Positions 50,675 to 60,859 are shown, counted from the stretch's first letter. The stretch: 64,000 nt of DNA from an uncultured Gemmatimonadales bacterium (GCA_963708135.1 OY970192.1:5344001-5408000), one strand, 5' to 3'. Notes: generated by a model from the letters alone, not told the origin. A program made the numbers and translations.

Positions 50675-53600
50675 ATGATGAAGTGGATCACAGGCAGGTA
50701 CGGGTGGCTCCTTCCACTCGCCGCGTTCCTTCTCGTGCTGTCCGGAACGTGGATCTTCGACCGTGAGCGCGGGGACCGGCTGCAGGCGGCGCGCCGCGAG
50801 GCGCAGGCCGTGGCGACGCGGCGGGCCTCGGTGCTGTCGGACCAGATCGGCAACGCGCTGAGCACGCGCATCGGCGCGCTCACGGCCGCGAAGCTCCGCT
50901 TCACCCAGGTCGAGGACTCCGTCTCGGAGCGCGTCTTCGACGCCGCCATGGACAGCGTCACGAGCCATCTGGCGGGGCTCAACGCGATCCACGTGCTCTA
51001 TCCCGACAGCGTACGGCCGGCGGACCGGCGCGCCCGGCGCGAGACGCCGCCGCTCGACATCGCCTCGGACACCGCGGTCGCGAACGCGTACCACCGAGCG
51101 CTGGCGGAGAAGCGGGTGACGGCGACGTCGGTGCTCGATCCCACCGGGCACCGGATGCTGATCTTCGATCCGGTCTTCGCGGCGGACAGCTCGAAGCTGC
51201 TGGGCGTGCTCGCGGCGGACATCGACCCGGTGGCGGTGGTGCGCAGCGCGCTCGCGGCGGCGGGCGCGGCGGACACGATCCGGGGCGCGTTCTATTCCGT
51301 GTTCGGGCCGAACGGCGTGCGCATCAGCGGCTATGCCGCGCCGCGGGACTGGCCCGCGATCGACCTGCCGATGAGCGCGGCGGACACGCGCTGGATGATC
51401 CGCCTCGCGTATCCGCCGGTGGACACGGGGGTCTACCAGGCGGAGCGGGTGGCCACGTGGGTGACGGGGCTGGCCGTGGCCCTGGCGTTCGCGGTGATCC
51501 TGGTGTTCTTCCGGAAAACGATCCTGTCGCAGCGCGAGGAGATCGAGCGGCGGGTGGTCGCGGAGGAGGCGGCGCGGACGAGCGCGGAGGAGGCGCGGGC
51601 GCGGGCGGAGGAGGCGCGCGAGCTGGCGCAGCAGATCGAGGCGGCGCAGCGGGCGGCACAGCGGCTCTCGACGTCGCTGGACCCGGACGACGTGGTGGAG
51701 CTGTTCCTGGGTGGGGTGGCGGAGACGCTGGAGGCGGACGTGGCCACGCTCTACACCTTCGCGGAGGAAGGGGAGGTGCTGGTCGGCCGCAAGCGGATGG
51801 TGTTCCGGGACGTGGGGAAGGCGACGGAGCGGCTGCGCACGGAGGACATCCGGCAGGTGCGCGTGCCGGTCGCGATGCTGCCGGTGCTGGCGGAGGCGGT
51901 GGCCACGGGCGAGCCGTACGTGATCGAGGACGCCTCGCGGGGTGGGCGCCCGGTGCCGAGCTACTCCGCCGGCCCGGAGGCAGCGCCGGCGTCGGTGACG
52001 GTGCCGCTGCTCATCGGCGGGCACACGGTGGGCGTGGCCACGTGGGAGATCTACCAGGGCCCGCGGCGCTTCGAGGCGGGGACGATCGCGTTCGCACAGG
52101 CGTTGGCGGCGCCGGCGGCGGCGGCGCTGCGCTCGGCGGAGCTGTTCGCCTCGCTGGAGTCGGCGCGCGCGCGGGCGACGTGGGAGGCGCTGCGCTTCGG
52201 CACGGTGCTCGACCAGATGGCGGATGGGGTGGTGGTGGTGGACGCGAAGGGGAAGGTGGAGCTGTCGAACCAGGCCGCGGCGGAGCTGCTGGGGCCGGAG
52301 CTGGCGGAGACCCCGCTCGAGCAGTGGCCTGCGCGCTTCAGCCTGGCGGCCAGCGACGGGCGGCCGTATCCGGCGGGGGAGAACCCGGTGGTGCGCGCGC
52401 TGCGCGGGGAGCGGGTGCGGCGGGCGACGTTCATGGTGCGCTCGCCGTGGGGGACGGAGCGGCACCTGTCGGCGGCGGCGGCGCCGATCCTGACGCGGAC
52501 GGGGGAGCCAGCGGGCGCGGCGATGGTGGTGCGGGACGTAAGCGACGAGCACGAGTACGCGGAGATGCTGCGGCACACGAACCGGGAGCTCAGGCGGCAG
52601 GCGGAGGTGCTGGAGGAGGTGAACACGCAGCTGCGGGACGCGACGAAGGCGAAGGACCAGTTCCTGGCGGTGATGAGCCACGAGCTGCGGACGCCGATCA
52701 ACGCGATCATGGGCTACTCGGACCTGCTGGACCTGGAGGTGAAGGGGAAGCTGAACGGGGAGCAGAAGGGGATGGTTTCGCGCGTGCGCGACACCTCGCG
52801 GCACCTGCTCGGGCTGATCAACGAGGTGCTGGACCTGGCCAAGGTGGGCGCCGGGCGGGTGGACCTGGTGATGGTGGATCTGAAGGTGGGCACGGTGGTC
52901 GAGCGGGCGGTGCACCAGGTGATGCCGCTGGCGGCGGCAAAAGGGCTCTCGATGGAGGTCAAGCCGGCGCCGACGGACCGGGATCTCGTGGTTGTGGCCG
53001 ACGAGACGCGGCTCACCCAGATCGTGATCAACCTGCTCTCGAACGCGGTGAAGTTCACGCAGCAGGGCAGCGTCACCGTCTCCTTCGGCCGTACGGATGA
53101 CACGGTCGAGATCCACGTGCGCGACACGGGCCCGGGGATCCCGCGGGAGCAGCGCGAACGCATCTTCGAAGAGTTCTACCAGGTCGAGAGCGGGCTCTCG
53201 CGCAGCATCGGCGGCACCGGCCTCGGGCTCGCGATCGCGCGCCGGTTCGCGCGCCTGATGAACGGCGACATCACCGTCGACAGCGAGTCCGGGAAGGGCT
53301 CCGAGTTCACCATCCGGCTGCCCTCCGTCGATGCCGCGCGGCCGGGCGCCCCCGAGCCACAGGAGACGACGGTCGCCCTCTACAGCACGGACGGCGACCT
53401 GATCGACCACGTGGCGGCGCTGCTCGCCGGCTCCGTCCGGATCGTGGGCGCCACGGAGCCGGCCCGGATGGCCTCGCTGGCGCGGCGGGAGGAGCCCTCG
53501 CTGGTGGCCCTCGATGCCGGCGGAGGGCTGCCCGCGTGGCGTACGCTCGCGGCGCTCCAGGCCGACCCGCTCACGGCCGACATCGAGGTGCTCCTGTGCG

Positions 53601-54115
53601 CCCGCCAGGACCACGGCGGCGCGAACGCGCTGGACCTCGGGCGCTTCACGATCCTGCCGAAGCCGCTCTCGCTGGAGCGGGCCGCGCACGCGATCCGGGC
53701 CGCCGCGGCGGGCCGCCTCGAGTCCGTGCTCGTCGTGGGCGACGACGCGGACGTCTGCCGCATCCTCGCGGAGTCGCTCGCGGCGCACGGCAGCCGCGTG
53801 CAGACGGCGTCCAACGCGCCGGGCGCGCTCCGCGCCGCCAGCGCGGAGCGACCGAGCGTGTGCGTCGTCGACCTCATGATGGGGGAGGGACAGGGGATCG
53901 CCGCGCTGGCGCGGCTGCGCCGGGACGCCGCGCTGCGTGACATCCCGGTGCTCGCGCTCTGCCCGCGCGCGCTCTCCGAGACGGAGATGCGCGAGCTGGC
54001 GGAGGCCATCCACCGGGTGGTTCGCACGTCCGCCGCCGCCATGCGGCCGCTTCCGCGGCTCATCCAGGAGGCGCTCGAGGACGGGACGTTTGACGCTCGG
54101 GCCGGCGCCGCGTAA
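50675..54115 (+). CDS. Membrane hybrid histidine kinase (sensor-GAF-PAS-HisKA-HATPase-two REC-like domains)
   Basis: FLAVMSHELRTP, NLLSNAVKFT, DTGPGI, GTGLGL; two TM segments. Confidence 0.92.
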   Translation: MMKWITGRYGWLLPLAAFLLVLSGTWIFDRERGDRLQAARREAQAVATRRASVLSDQIGNALSTRIGALTAAKLRFTQVEDSVSERVFDAAMDSVTSHLAGLNAIHVLYPDSVRPADRRARRETPPLDIASDTAVANAYHRALAEKRVTATSVLDPTGHRMLIFDPVFAADSSKLLGVLAADIDPVAVVRSALAAAGAADTIRGAFYSVFGPNGVRISGYAAPRDWPAIDLPMSAADTRWMIRLAYPPVDTGVYQAERVATWVTGLAVALAFAVILVFFRKTILSQREEIERRVVAEEAARTSAEEARARAEEARELAQQIEAAQRAAQRLSTSLDPDDVVELFLGGVAETLEADVATLYTFAEEGEVLVGRKRMVFRDVGKATERLRTEDIRQVRVPVAMLPVLAEAVATGEPYVIEDASRGGRPVPSYSAGPEAAPASVTVPLLIGGHTVGVATWEIYQGPRRFEAGTIAFAQALAAPAAAALRSAELFASLESARARATWEALRFGTVLDQMADGVVVVDAKGKVELSNQAAAELLGPELAETPLEQWPARFSLAASDGRPYPAGENPVVRALRGERVRRATFMVRSPWGTERHLSAAAAPILTRTGEPAGAAMVVRDVSDEHEYAEMLRHTNRELRRQAEVLEEVNTQLRDATKAKDQFLAVMSHELRTPINAIMGYSDLLDLEVKGKLNGEQKGMVSRVRDTSRHLLGLINEVLDLAKVGAGRVDLVMVDLKVGTVVERAVHQVMPLAAAKGLSMEVKPAPTDRDLVVVADETRLTQIVINLLSNAVKFTQQGSVTVSFGRTDDTVEIHVRDTGPGIPREQRERIFEEFYQVESGLSRSIGGTGLGLAIARRFARLMNGDITVDSESGKGSEFTIRLPSVDAARPGAPEPQETTVALYSTDGDLIDHVAALLAGSVRIVGATEPARMASLARREEPSLVALDAGGGLPAWRTLAALQADPLTADIEVLLCARQDHGGANALDLGRFTILPKPLSLERAAHAIRAAAAGRLESVLVVGDDADVCRILAESLAAHGSRVQTASNAPGALRAASAERPSVCVVDLMMGEGQGIAALARLRRDAALRDIPVLALCPRALSETEMRELAEAIHRVVRTSAAAMRPLPRLIQEALEDGTFDARAGAA

Positions 54116-54125
54116 CCTGCGCGGC

Positions 54126-54494
54126 ATGGACCGCCTCTTCTTCGCGCTCGGCGCCGCCTTCGCCTTCCTGGGCGTCGCGCTCGGCGCCTTCGGCGCCCAC
54201 GTGCTCACCGGCCGCCTGCCGGCCGACCGCCTGGCCATCTTCGAGGTCGGCGTGCGCTACCAGATGTACCACGCGCTGGGCCTGCTCGCCGTGGCGTGGG
54301 CGTGGAGCCGCTGGCCGGGCGTCGCCTCCGCCTGGGCGGGCTGGCTCTTCACGGGCGGGATCATCGTCTTCTCGGGGACGCTCTATCTGCTGGCCTTCGG
54401 GGCGCCGCGGTGGTGGGGGGCGGTGACGCCGCTGGGGGGACTGGCGATGCTGGGAGGGTGGGTGGTGCTGGGGTGGAGCGCGGTGAAGGGATAG
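54126..54494 (+). CDS. DUF423 membrane protein
   Basis: GAFGAH, YQMYHA, FSGTLY, GAVTPLGG. Confidence 0.9.
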   Translation: MDRLFFALGAAFAFLGVALGAFGAHVLTGRLPADRLAIFEVGVRYQMYHALGLLAVAWAWSRWPGVASAWAGWLFTGGIIVFSGTLYLLAFGAPRWWGAVTPLGGLAMLGGWVVLGWSAVKG

Positions 54495-54516
54495 CAGCGA
54501 AAGCTGGAGCCAGAGC

Positions 54517-55590
54517 TCACCCTCTTCCCTCCACGCAGTACAGCCTCTCGGCCACCGCATCACCGCTGTAGCGGCGGCCCACACCATCGGAATCCGAGCG
54601 GTAGCGGCGGTAGCCGCGGGTGTAGCGGCGGTAGGTCGCCGCACGGCCGTGGGCCTTCATCAGCCGCTCGATCTCCGGCTCGGGGATGATCCCTTCCGTG
54701 TTGTAGCTCATGACAATGTGGCGCGCGCGCGAGGCGGCCAGGAGGGCGTCGAGCGCCTCGACGCAGCCGCGCCGGCGCGACCATGCGCTCCGCTTCTCGG
54801 CGTCGGGCAGGAGCCCGGTCTTGCCGCGCGTCTCCGGCTCGCCGCCAGCCCAGCCCTGCGCGATGAGCTCGGGCACGTGGTAGTAGCCCGGGTACTGGCG
54901 GGTGTTGTAGGGCGGGTCGAGGTAGAGCAGGTCGACGCTCCCCGCCTCGGCCACGGTGACGAGCGCATCGGCGCGGCGGGCGCGGCAGCCGTTGGTCGGA
55001 ATGATGCGGGGCGGCCGGAGCTCGAGCGGCCGCATGGCGTTCGGCTGCCAGCTCTTCACGAACGAAGCGTAGACGCCGGTGGTGTTGGCCACGCCGTCCG
55101 CGGCCTCGAGGAGGGCGGCCAGCAGGACGTGGAAACCGTCGTCGTCGATGGCGCCGCCGGCGCGCCAGCGCTCGAGCGTGTCGCGGACGGCGTCGATGCG
55201 CGCGGCGTTCGGCGGGGTGAAGTACATGCGCCCGTGGATGCGGCCCTCGTCGCCATCGGGTGCGTAGTGGCGGTGGATCACGCCGGGGCATCCCTCCAGG
55301 CGGTTCAGCCAGGCGACGACGCCGCCGAGCGTCCGCGCCGCGCCGCCGAGCTCGGGCTCGAGGCCGGGAAACTCGGGGACCGCCGCCACCTCGACGTACG
55401 CGCGCCCGAAGACGTAGGCGTACTCCATGACGTCGGAGGCGGTCACGGCGAAGCCCCACGACTTGAGCGCGCGCGCTACGCTCGCGGTGCCCGTGAACGG
55501 GTCGATGGCGGTGCCGGCCGCGATGCCGCGCCGGCGGAGCGCGTCGCGGATGAAGCCGAGCAGCCGGGTCTTGTTGCCGATGTATCTCAC
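54517..55590 (-). CDS. DNA adenine methyltransferase (D12/FokI-like), no cognate nuclease nearby
   Basis: RYIGNK, DPFTGTASV, YLDPPYN, SYNTEG. Confidence 0.88.
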   Translation of the reverse strand: MRYIGNKTRLLGFIRDALRRRGIAAGTAIDPFTGTASVARALKSWGFAVTASDVMEYAYVFGRAYVEVAAVPEFPGLEPELGGAARTLGGVVAWLNRLEGCPGVIHRHYAPDGDEGRIHGRMYFTPPNAARIDAVRDTLERWRAGGAIDDDGFHVLLAALLEAADGVANTTGVYASFVKSWQPNAMRPLELRPPRIIPTNGCRARRADALVTVAEAGSVDLLYLDPPYNTRQYPGYYHVPELIAQGWAGGEPETRGKTGLLPDAEKRSAWSRRRGCVEALDALLAASRARHIVMSYNTEGIIPEPEIERLMKAHGRAATYRRYTRGYRRYRSDSDGVGRRYSGDAVAERLYCVEGRG

Positions 55591-55642
55591 CGGCCCGAAT
55601 ATAGACCGGAGATCGAACCCCGTCCATCGCGGAGCCCCGAGC

Positions 55643-55837
55643 ATGCCCACGTACCGGATGACCGTCCGCTACGGCGCGCCACGCGCGCGCTACCACATGG
55701 AGGACGTGCGGGCGGCCTCGCTGGCCGAGGCGATGCGGCGGGGCGCTGACGCGCTGCCGCCCGACGTTGCCGAAGGCGAGCTGGTCGAGATCCGGCGCAG
55801 CACGGAGGCGGAGCAGAGGGAGTATGGACCCGGCTGA
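55643..55837 (+). CDS. Small hypothetical protein (64 aa)
   Basis: GGAG RBS; overlaps the waaA start. Confidence 0.55.
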   Translation: MPTYRMTVRYGAPRARYHMEDVRAASLAEAMRRGADALPPDVAEGELVEIRRSTEAEQREYGPG

Positions 55838-57257
55838 GCTGCTGCGGCGCGAGCGCGTCTACGAGCGCGCCGTGCGGCTGGCGCGGCCGCTGCTCCGGCT
55901 GGCCTCACCGCTGAACGGCAAGCTCGCGCGCGGGGTGCGCGGCCGGGAGGGCGCGGCGGAGCGGCTGGAGGCGTGGGCCGCGGCGTCGCGGGAGCCGGGC
56001 CGGCCGCTGGTCTGGCTACACGCGCCGTCGGTGGGCGAGGGGCTCATGGCGCAGGCGATCATCGCGGCGCTGCGGGCGCGAGCGCCCGAGGCCCAGGTCG
56101 CGTTCACGTTCTTCTCGCCGTCGGCGGAGCGGCTGCGCGGCGCGACCGGCGCGGACGTGGAGGACTACCTGCCATGGGACCTGGACGAGGAGGTCGGGCG
56201 GGCCGTGGCCGCGCTCCGGCCCGACGTCGTCGCGTTCGTCCGGACCGAGGTGTGGCCGGTGCTCACGGCGCACGCGCGCGCGGCCGGCGCACGGCTGGCC
56301 CTGGTGAACGCGATCCTGCCGCGGCGGGCGGGACGGCTGCGCTGGGCCGCGCGCTTCCTGACCGGCCCGGCGTTCTACCGACTGGACGGCGTGGGGGCGG
56401 TCTCGGAGGCGGACGCGCGGCGCTTCCCGCTCCTGGGCGTCCCGTCGGCGCGGGTGCGGGTCACGGGCGATGCCCGCTTCGACCAGGTCTGGCAGCGCGT
56501 GCGGGCGCTCCGGCCGGACGCGCCCCTGCTCTCGCGGCTGCGGGCGCCCGGCGGGAGGACCGTGGTCGCGGGCTCGACGTGGCCATCGGATGAGCGGCTG
56601 CTCGTGCCGGCGGTTGCGGGCGCGCGGGAGGGGGAGGTCGGCGGAGAGGGTGGCGGCCAGGGGGAGGGGGAGCGGCCGGGGGGGAGGGTCCGGCTGATCG
56701 TGGCCCCCCACGAGCCGACGGAGGCGCATCTGCGAGGCGTCGAACGCCTGCTCGATGCGCACGGGATCGGGTGTCGCAGGTTGGGGAGGGTGGCGCGGGA
56801 GGGGGGGATCGCGGGAAGCCAGGGTAGGGGTGAGGGTAAGGGTAAGGGTAAGGGCGAGGGGGAGGGGGAGGGTGGGGGGGAGGGGGACCTGGAGGCGATC
56901 GTGGTCGACCGGGTGGGCGTGCTCGCGGATCTGTACGCCATCGCCGATGTGGCGTACGTGGGAGGCGGGTTCCACGAGGCGGGGCTTCATTCGGTCGTGG
57001 AGCCGGCGGCGCTGGGGGTGCCGGTGCTGTTCGGGCCGCGGCACGACCGGTCACGGGAGGCGGGGGAGCTGGCGGCGGCGGGGGGCGGGGTGATCGTGCC
57101 GGACGGGGCGGCGCTGGAGAGGGCGCTCGGGTGGTGGCTGACGGACGGGGAGGCGCGGGAGCGGGCGGGGGCGGCGGCGGAGGCGTACGTCCGCTCGCAG
57201 CTCGGAGGCGCCGAGGGGAACGCGGCGCTCATCCTGGAGCTCGCGGCGCGCGGCTGA
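55824..57257 (+). CDS. waaA: 3-deoxy-D-manno-octulosonic acid transferase
   Basis: WLHAPSVGE, YLPWD, EVWP, GDARFD, AGSTW, AYVGGGF..HSVVEPA..FGP. Confidence 0.88.
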   Translation: MDPAELLRRERVYERAVRLARPLLRLASPLNGKLARGVRGREGAAERLEAWAAASREPGRPLVWLHAPSVGEGLMAQAIIAALRARAPEAQVAFTFFSPSAERLRGATGADVEDYLPWDLDEEVGRAVAALRPDVVAFVRTEVWPVLTAHARAAGARLALVNAILPRRAGRLRWAARFLTGPAFYRLDGVGAVSEADARRFPLLGVPSARVRVTGDARFDQVWQRVRALRPDAPLLSRLRAPGGRTVVAGSTWPSDERLLVPAVAGAREGEVGGEGGGQGEGERPGGRVRLIVAPHEPTEAHLRGVERLLDAHGIGCRRLGRVAREGGIAGSQGRGEGKGKGKGEGEGEGGGEGDLEAIVVDRVGVLADLYAIADVAYVGGGFHEAGLHSVVEPAALGVPVLFGPRHDRSREAGELAAAGGGVIVPDGAALERALGWWLTDGEARERAGAAAEAYVRSQLGGAEGNAALILELAARG

Positions 57258-57284
57258 AAGTGGCGTGCGCTCCGGCTCGCTCCG

Positions 57285-57312
57285 TTGACAGCGAGGCCGT
57301 CCGGCGTAGCTT
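57285..57312 (+). promoter_or_regulatory. Possible sigma70 promoter of the JAB-MoeB operon
   Basis: TTGACA-16-TAGCTT followed by the palindrome aaggcatgcctt. Confidence 0.45.
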
Positions 57313-57347
57313 TAAGGCATGCCTTCCGGGGTCGGAAACCCTTTGCC

Positions 57348-57917
57348 ATGAAACGACATTCGACCGCCTCGACGGGCGCCGCGACGGCACCGATCGGCGC
57401 GCCGGCGCTGCGGGTATCCGCGGGCGTCGTGGCGACGGTCCTGGACGAGGCGCGGCGCGCCTGGCCGCACGAGTGCTGCGGCCTGCTCGCCGGAGTGGAG
57501 CGGCCGGACGCCGGCTGCCCGGACGCCGCCGGTGGCGGCGAGGGATCGCCAGGCGGCCGGCGGGACCACGCCGGACGCCCGGAGCGGCGGGTGGTGCGGG
57601 CGGTGCCGGTGCCGAACGGCGCGGAGGACGCCGCCCGCGGTTACCGGATCCCGGCGGCGGTGCTGCGGCGGCTCGAGGCGGAGCTTGCCGCGGATGGTCT
57701 CGAGGTGGTGGGGGTATACCACTCGCACCCGGACGGGCGGGCGCGGCCGTCCGCGGCGGACGGGGCGGCGGCGTGGCCGTGGTACAGCTACCTGATCGTG
57801 CCGCTCGCGGAAGGCGGCGAGGTGGGGGCCGCGGGGCTCCGTTCCTGGCGGCTGCGCGAGGACCGGAGCGGATTCGGGGAGGAGCGGCTCGAGGTGGAGC
57901 GGGGAGGCGGGGCGTGA
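57348..57917 (+). CDS. JAB/MPN+ (M67, Mec-like) metallopeptidase
   Basis: PHECCGLL; YHSHPDG..PSAAD JAMM motif; YSYLIV. Confidence 0.9.
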   Translation: MKRHSTASTGAATAPIGAPALRVSAGVVATVLDEARRAWPHECCGLLAGVERPDAGCPDAAGGGEGSPGGRRDHAGRPERRVVRAVPVPNGAEDAARGYRIPAAVLRRLEAELAADGLEVVGVYHSHPDGRARPSAADGAAAWPWYSYLIVPLAEGGEVGAAGLRSWRLREDRSGFGEERLEVERGGGA

Positions 57918-59446
57918 GCGACGTCGCCATTGGGATTCCGGCGCCGCTCCGGGCGCTGGCCGGGGGCGCCGCCGAGGTGCGGGTCGCGGCAGGCACGGTG
58001 GGCGAGGCGCTCGGCGCGCTGGTGACCGCGCACCCGGCGCTCCGGCGGCACCTGTACGCGGAGGGCGGCGGGCTCAGGAGCCACGTCAACATCTACGTGA
58101 ACGAGGACGACGTGCGCTGGCGGCAGGGCGAGGCCACGGCCGTCGGGGAGGGAGACCTGATCGTGATCGTACCGAGCATCGCCGGCGGCAGCGCGGAGGG
58201 CGGCGAGGGCGGGAGCGGCGCCGCATCCGACCCGACGGCGGACCTGAGCCGCAACGAGCTCGCGCGCTACGCCCGCCACCTCGTGCTGGACGAGGTGGGG
58301 ATGGAGGGGCAGCGGGCGCTGCGCTCGGCGCGGGTGCTGATCGTGGGCGCCGGCGGGCTCGGCTCCCCCGTCGCCCTGTACCTGGCGGCGGCCGGCGTGG
58401 GCACGCTGGGCGTGGTGGACTACGACCGGGTGGAGCTCAGCAACCTGCAGCGGCAGGTGCTCTACGGCGAGTCGGATGTCGGGCGGCCGAAGGCGGAGGC
58501 GGCCGCGGCGCGGCTGCGGGACCTGAACCCGAACGTGCGGACGGCCGAGCACGCGCTCCGGCTCACGAGCGCCAACGCGATGGATGTGATCCGCGACTAC
58601 GACGTGGTGGTGGACGGCACGGACAACTTCCCGACGCGCTATCTGGTGAACGACTGCTGCGTGCTGCTGGGCAAGCCGTACGTCTACGGCTCGATCCTGC
58701 GCTTCGAGGGGCAGGTCTCGGTGTTCGACGGCGCGCGCGGGCCGTGCTACCGCTGTCTCTTCCGCGAGCCGCCGCCGCCCGGGCTGGTGCCGAGCTGCGC
58801 GGAGGGCGGAGTCCTGGGCGTGCTGCCGGGGATCATCGGTTCGCTCCAGGCGCTGGAGACGATCAAGCTGATCCTGGGCGTCGGCGAGACGCTGCTCGGC
58901 CGGCTGGTCCTGTTCGACGCGCTGGCGCAGCGCTGGCGCGAGCTCAGGCTGCGCAAGAACCCCGACTGCCCCGTCTGCGGCGAGAAGCCGACCATCACGG
59001 CGCCGATCGACTACGAGGCGTTCTGCGGGATCACCCCGGAAGGCGACGGATCCGCCGCGGCGACCGGCGCGGACGCCGGCTCGCCGGCCGGCGCCGGGGC
59101 GGCCCAGGAGGCAGACTCGCTGCCGGACGAGGTCTCGGTGGTCGAGCTCGCGGAGCGGCTCGAGCGAGGCGAGCGGATCGCGCTGGTGGACATCCGGGAG
59201 CCGTTCGAGTGGCGCATCGCGAACCTCGAGGAGCACGGCGCGCGGCTGATCCCGATGGGGCAGCTCGAGGCGCGGCTGGGGGAGATCGACCCGGAAACGC
59301 CCACCGTGCTCTACTGTCATTCCGGGCGCCGCAGCCTCCTCGCGCTTCACGCGCTGCGTGCCCGGGGGCTCGACCGGGTCTCGCACCTGCGCGGCGGCAT
59401 CGACGCGTGGGCCGTGCAGGTGGACCCGTCCTTGCCCCGTTACTGA
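57914..59446 (+). CDS. moeB: MoaD/ThiS ubiquitin-like domain fused to MoeB-like adenylyltransferase and rhodanese
   Basis: IPAPLR..VNIYVN..IVPSIAGG, linker, RYARHL, GAGGLG, SNLQRQ, DGTDNF, CYRC, CPVC, YCHSGRRS. Confidence 0.9.
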   Translation: MSDVAIGIPAPLRALAGGAAEVRVAAGTVGEALGALVTAHPALRRHLYAEGGGLRSHVNIYVNEDDVRWRQGEATAVGEGDLIVIVPSIAGGSAEGGEGGSGAASDPTADLSRNELARYARHLVLDEVGMEGQRALRSARVLIVGAGGLGSPVALYLAAAGVGTLGVVDYDRVELSNLQRQVLYGESDVGRPKAEAAAARLRDLNPNVRTAEHALRLTSANAMDVIRDYDVVVDGTDNFPTRYLVNDCCVLLGKPYVYGSILRFEGQVSVFDGARGPCYRCLFREPPPPGLVPSCAEGGVLGVLPGIIGSLQALETIKLILGVGETLLGRLVLFDALAQRWRELRLRKNPDCPVCGEKPTITAPIDYEAFCGITPEGDGSAAATGADAGSPAGAGAAQEADSLPDEVSVVELAERLERGERIALVDIREPFEWRIANLEEHGARLIPMGQLEARLGEIDPETPTVLYCHSGRRSLLALHALRARGLDRVSHLRGGIDAWAVQVDPSLPRY

Positions 59447-59481
59447 TCGAGCGACCCTCTCCTCCCGATCGAGGCAGTGCC

Positions 59482-60843
59482 GTGAACGTTCCGAAGACCA
59501 CCCTGATCCGCGCCCTGGCCGACCGGCTCGGCGGCCGCGGCCGTGGCTACATGGCCGCGGGCGTGCTCCTGGTCCTGGCCGGCGGCGCGATGGCGTACGC
59601 CCGCAGCGGCCGGGGCGGAGGCAGCGCGCCCGCGGCGGCCGCCGCCTCCGCGAAGGCCGGCGATGCGCACGGGGCGAGCCCGGCGGCGGAGAAGAGGGCC
59701 GGCGAGGCGGGAGCCGCGGCGTCGCCGGAGGTGAAGCTCTCGGCGCGGGAGCGGGCCGCGGCGCTGCACGTCGCGCGGCCCGCGCGCATCCGCGGGCTGT
59801 ACCTGAACGCGTGGGCGGCGGGCTCGAAGCGGAAGCTGGCCAAGCTGCTGGCGATCGCGGACCGGACGGAGATCAACACGTTCGTGATCGACGTGAAGGA
59901 GGGCGGCTACATCAGCTACCGCAGCGGCGTGCCGCTGGCGGGGGAGATCGGCTCCGACAAGCGCTACATCCCGGACATCCGGGGCGTGCTCGCGCAGCTG
60001 AAGGCGCACGACATCTACCCGATCGCACGTATCGTCTGCTTCAAGGACCCCGTGCTCGCCACGGCGAAGCCGGAATGGGCGATCCAGAAGGCGGACGGCT
60101 CCTTCTGGCGCGACAGCGACGACCACCTCTGGGTGGACTCCTATAACCGGAAGGTGTGGGACTACAACATCGCCATTGCCCGCGAGGCGGCCGAGCTGGG
60201 GTTCGGCGAGATCCAGTGGGACTACGTCCGCTTCCCCGACGTGACGGCGTCGCGGCGAGCCACGCAGGTCTTCCCGGCCGAGAAGGGGCGCACGCGCGAG
60301 CAGGCGATCAGGGAGTTCGTCGCCTACTCGAAGGAGAAGCTGGCGGACCTCGGCGTGCCGGTGACCACGGACGTGTTCGGCCTCACCGTCTCGGCCCACG
60401 ACGACATGGGGATCGGCCAGAAGTGGGAGAGCATGGTCGGCGTCTCGGACGTCATGCTGCCAATGGTCTATCCCTCCCACTTCGCGCACGGCAGCTACGG
60501 CATCCACGATCCGAACGCGCACCCCTACGACATCATCCGCGACGCCATGAAGCACGCGCTCGAGCGGACCCCGCCGGAGCTCCGGCGGCACAAGATCCGG
60601 CCGTGGCTGCAGGACTTCACGCTCGGCCCGCCGCACTACGGCACGGACGAGGTGCGCGCCCAGATCAGCGCCGTCTACGACTCGGGGCTGCGCGAGTGGA
60701 TCCTGTGGAACCCGGGCAGCAACTACACGGTGGAAGCGCTGCGGCCGAAGGGCGAGGCGATGCAGCCGCCGGACGCGCCGGATTCGCTGCTCAGCCAGCC
60801 GGGGGACCGCCCGGCCGTACCCGACAGCGCGGCGCGCCGCTGA
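59482..60843 (+). CDS. Putative glycoside hydrolase (DUF4015-like TIM barrel), membrane anchored
   Basis: IRGLY, VIDVK, IARIVCFKD, EIQWDYVRFPD, PMVYPSH, RPWLQDF, WILWN. Confidence 0.85.
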   Translation: MNVPKTTLIRALADRLGGRGRGYMAAGVLLVLAGGAMAYARSGRGGGSAPAAAAASAKAGDAHGASPAAEKRAGEAGAAASPEVKLSARERAAALHVARPARIRGLYLNAWAAGSKRKLAKLLAIADRTEINTFVIDVKEGGYISYRSGVPLAGEIGSDKRYIPDIRGVLAQLKAHDIYPIARIVCFKDPVLATAKPEWAIQKADGSFWRDSDDHLWVDSYNRKVWDYNIAIAREAAELGFGEIQWDYVRFPDVTASRRATQVFPAEKGRTREQAIREFVAYSKEKLADLGVPVTTDVFGLTVSAHDDMGIGQKWESMVGVSDVMLPMVYPSHFAHGSYGIHDPNAHPYDIIRDAMKHALERTPPELRRHKIRPWLQDFTLGPPHYGTDEVRAQISAVYDSGLREWILWNPGSNYTVEALRPKGEAMQPPDAPDSLLSQPGDRPAVPDSAARR

Positions 60844-60859
60844 ACGGCATCCGCTGCGA

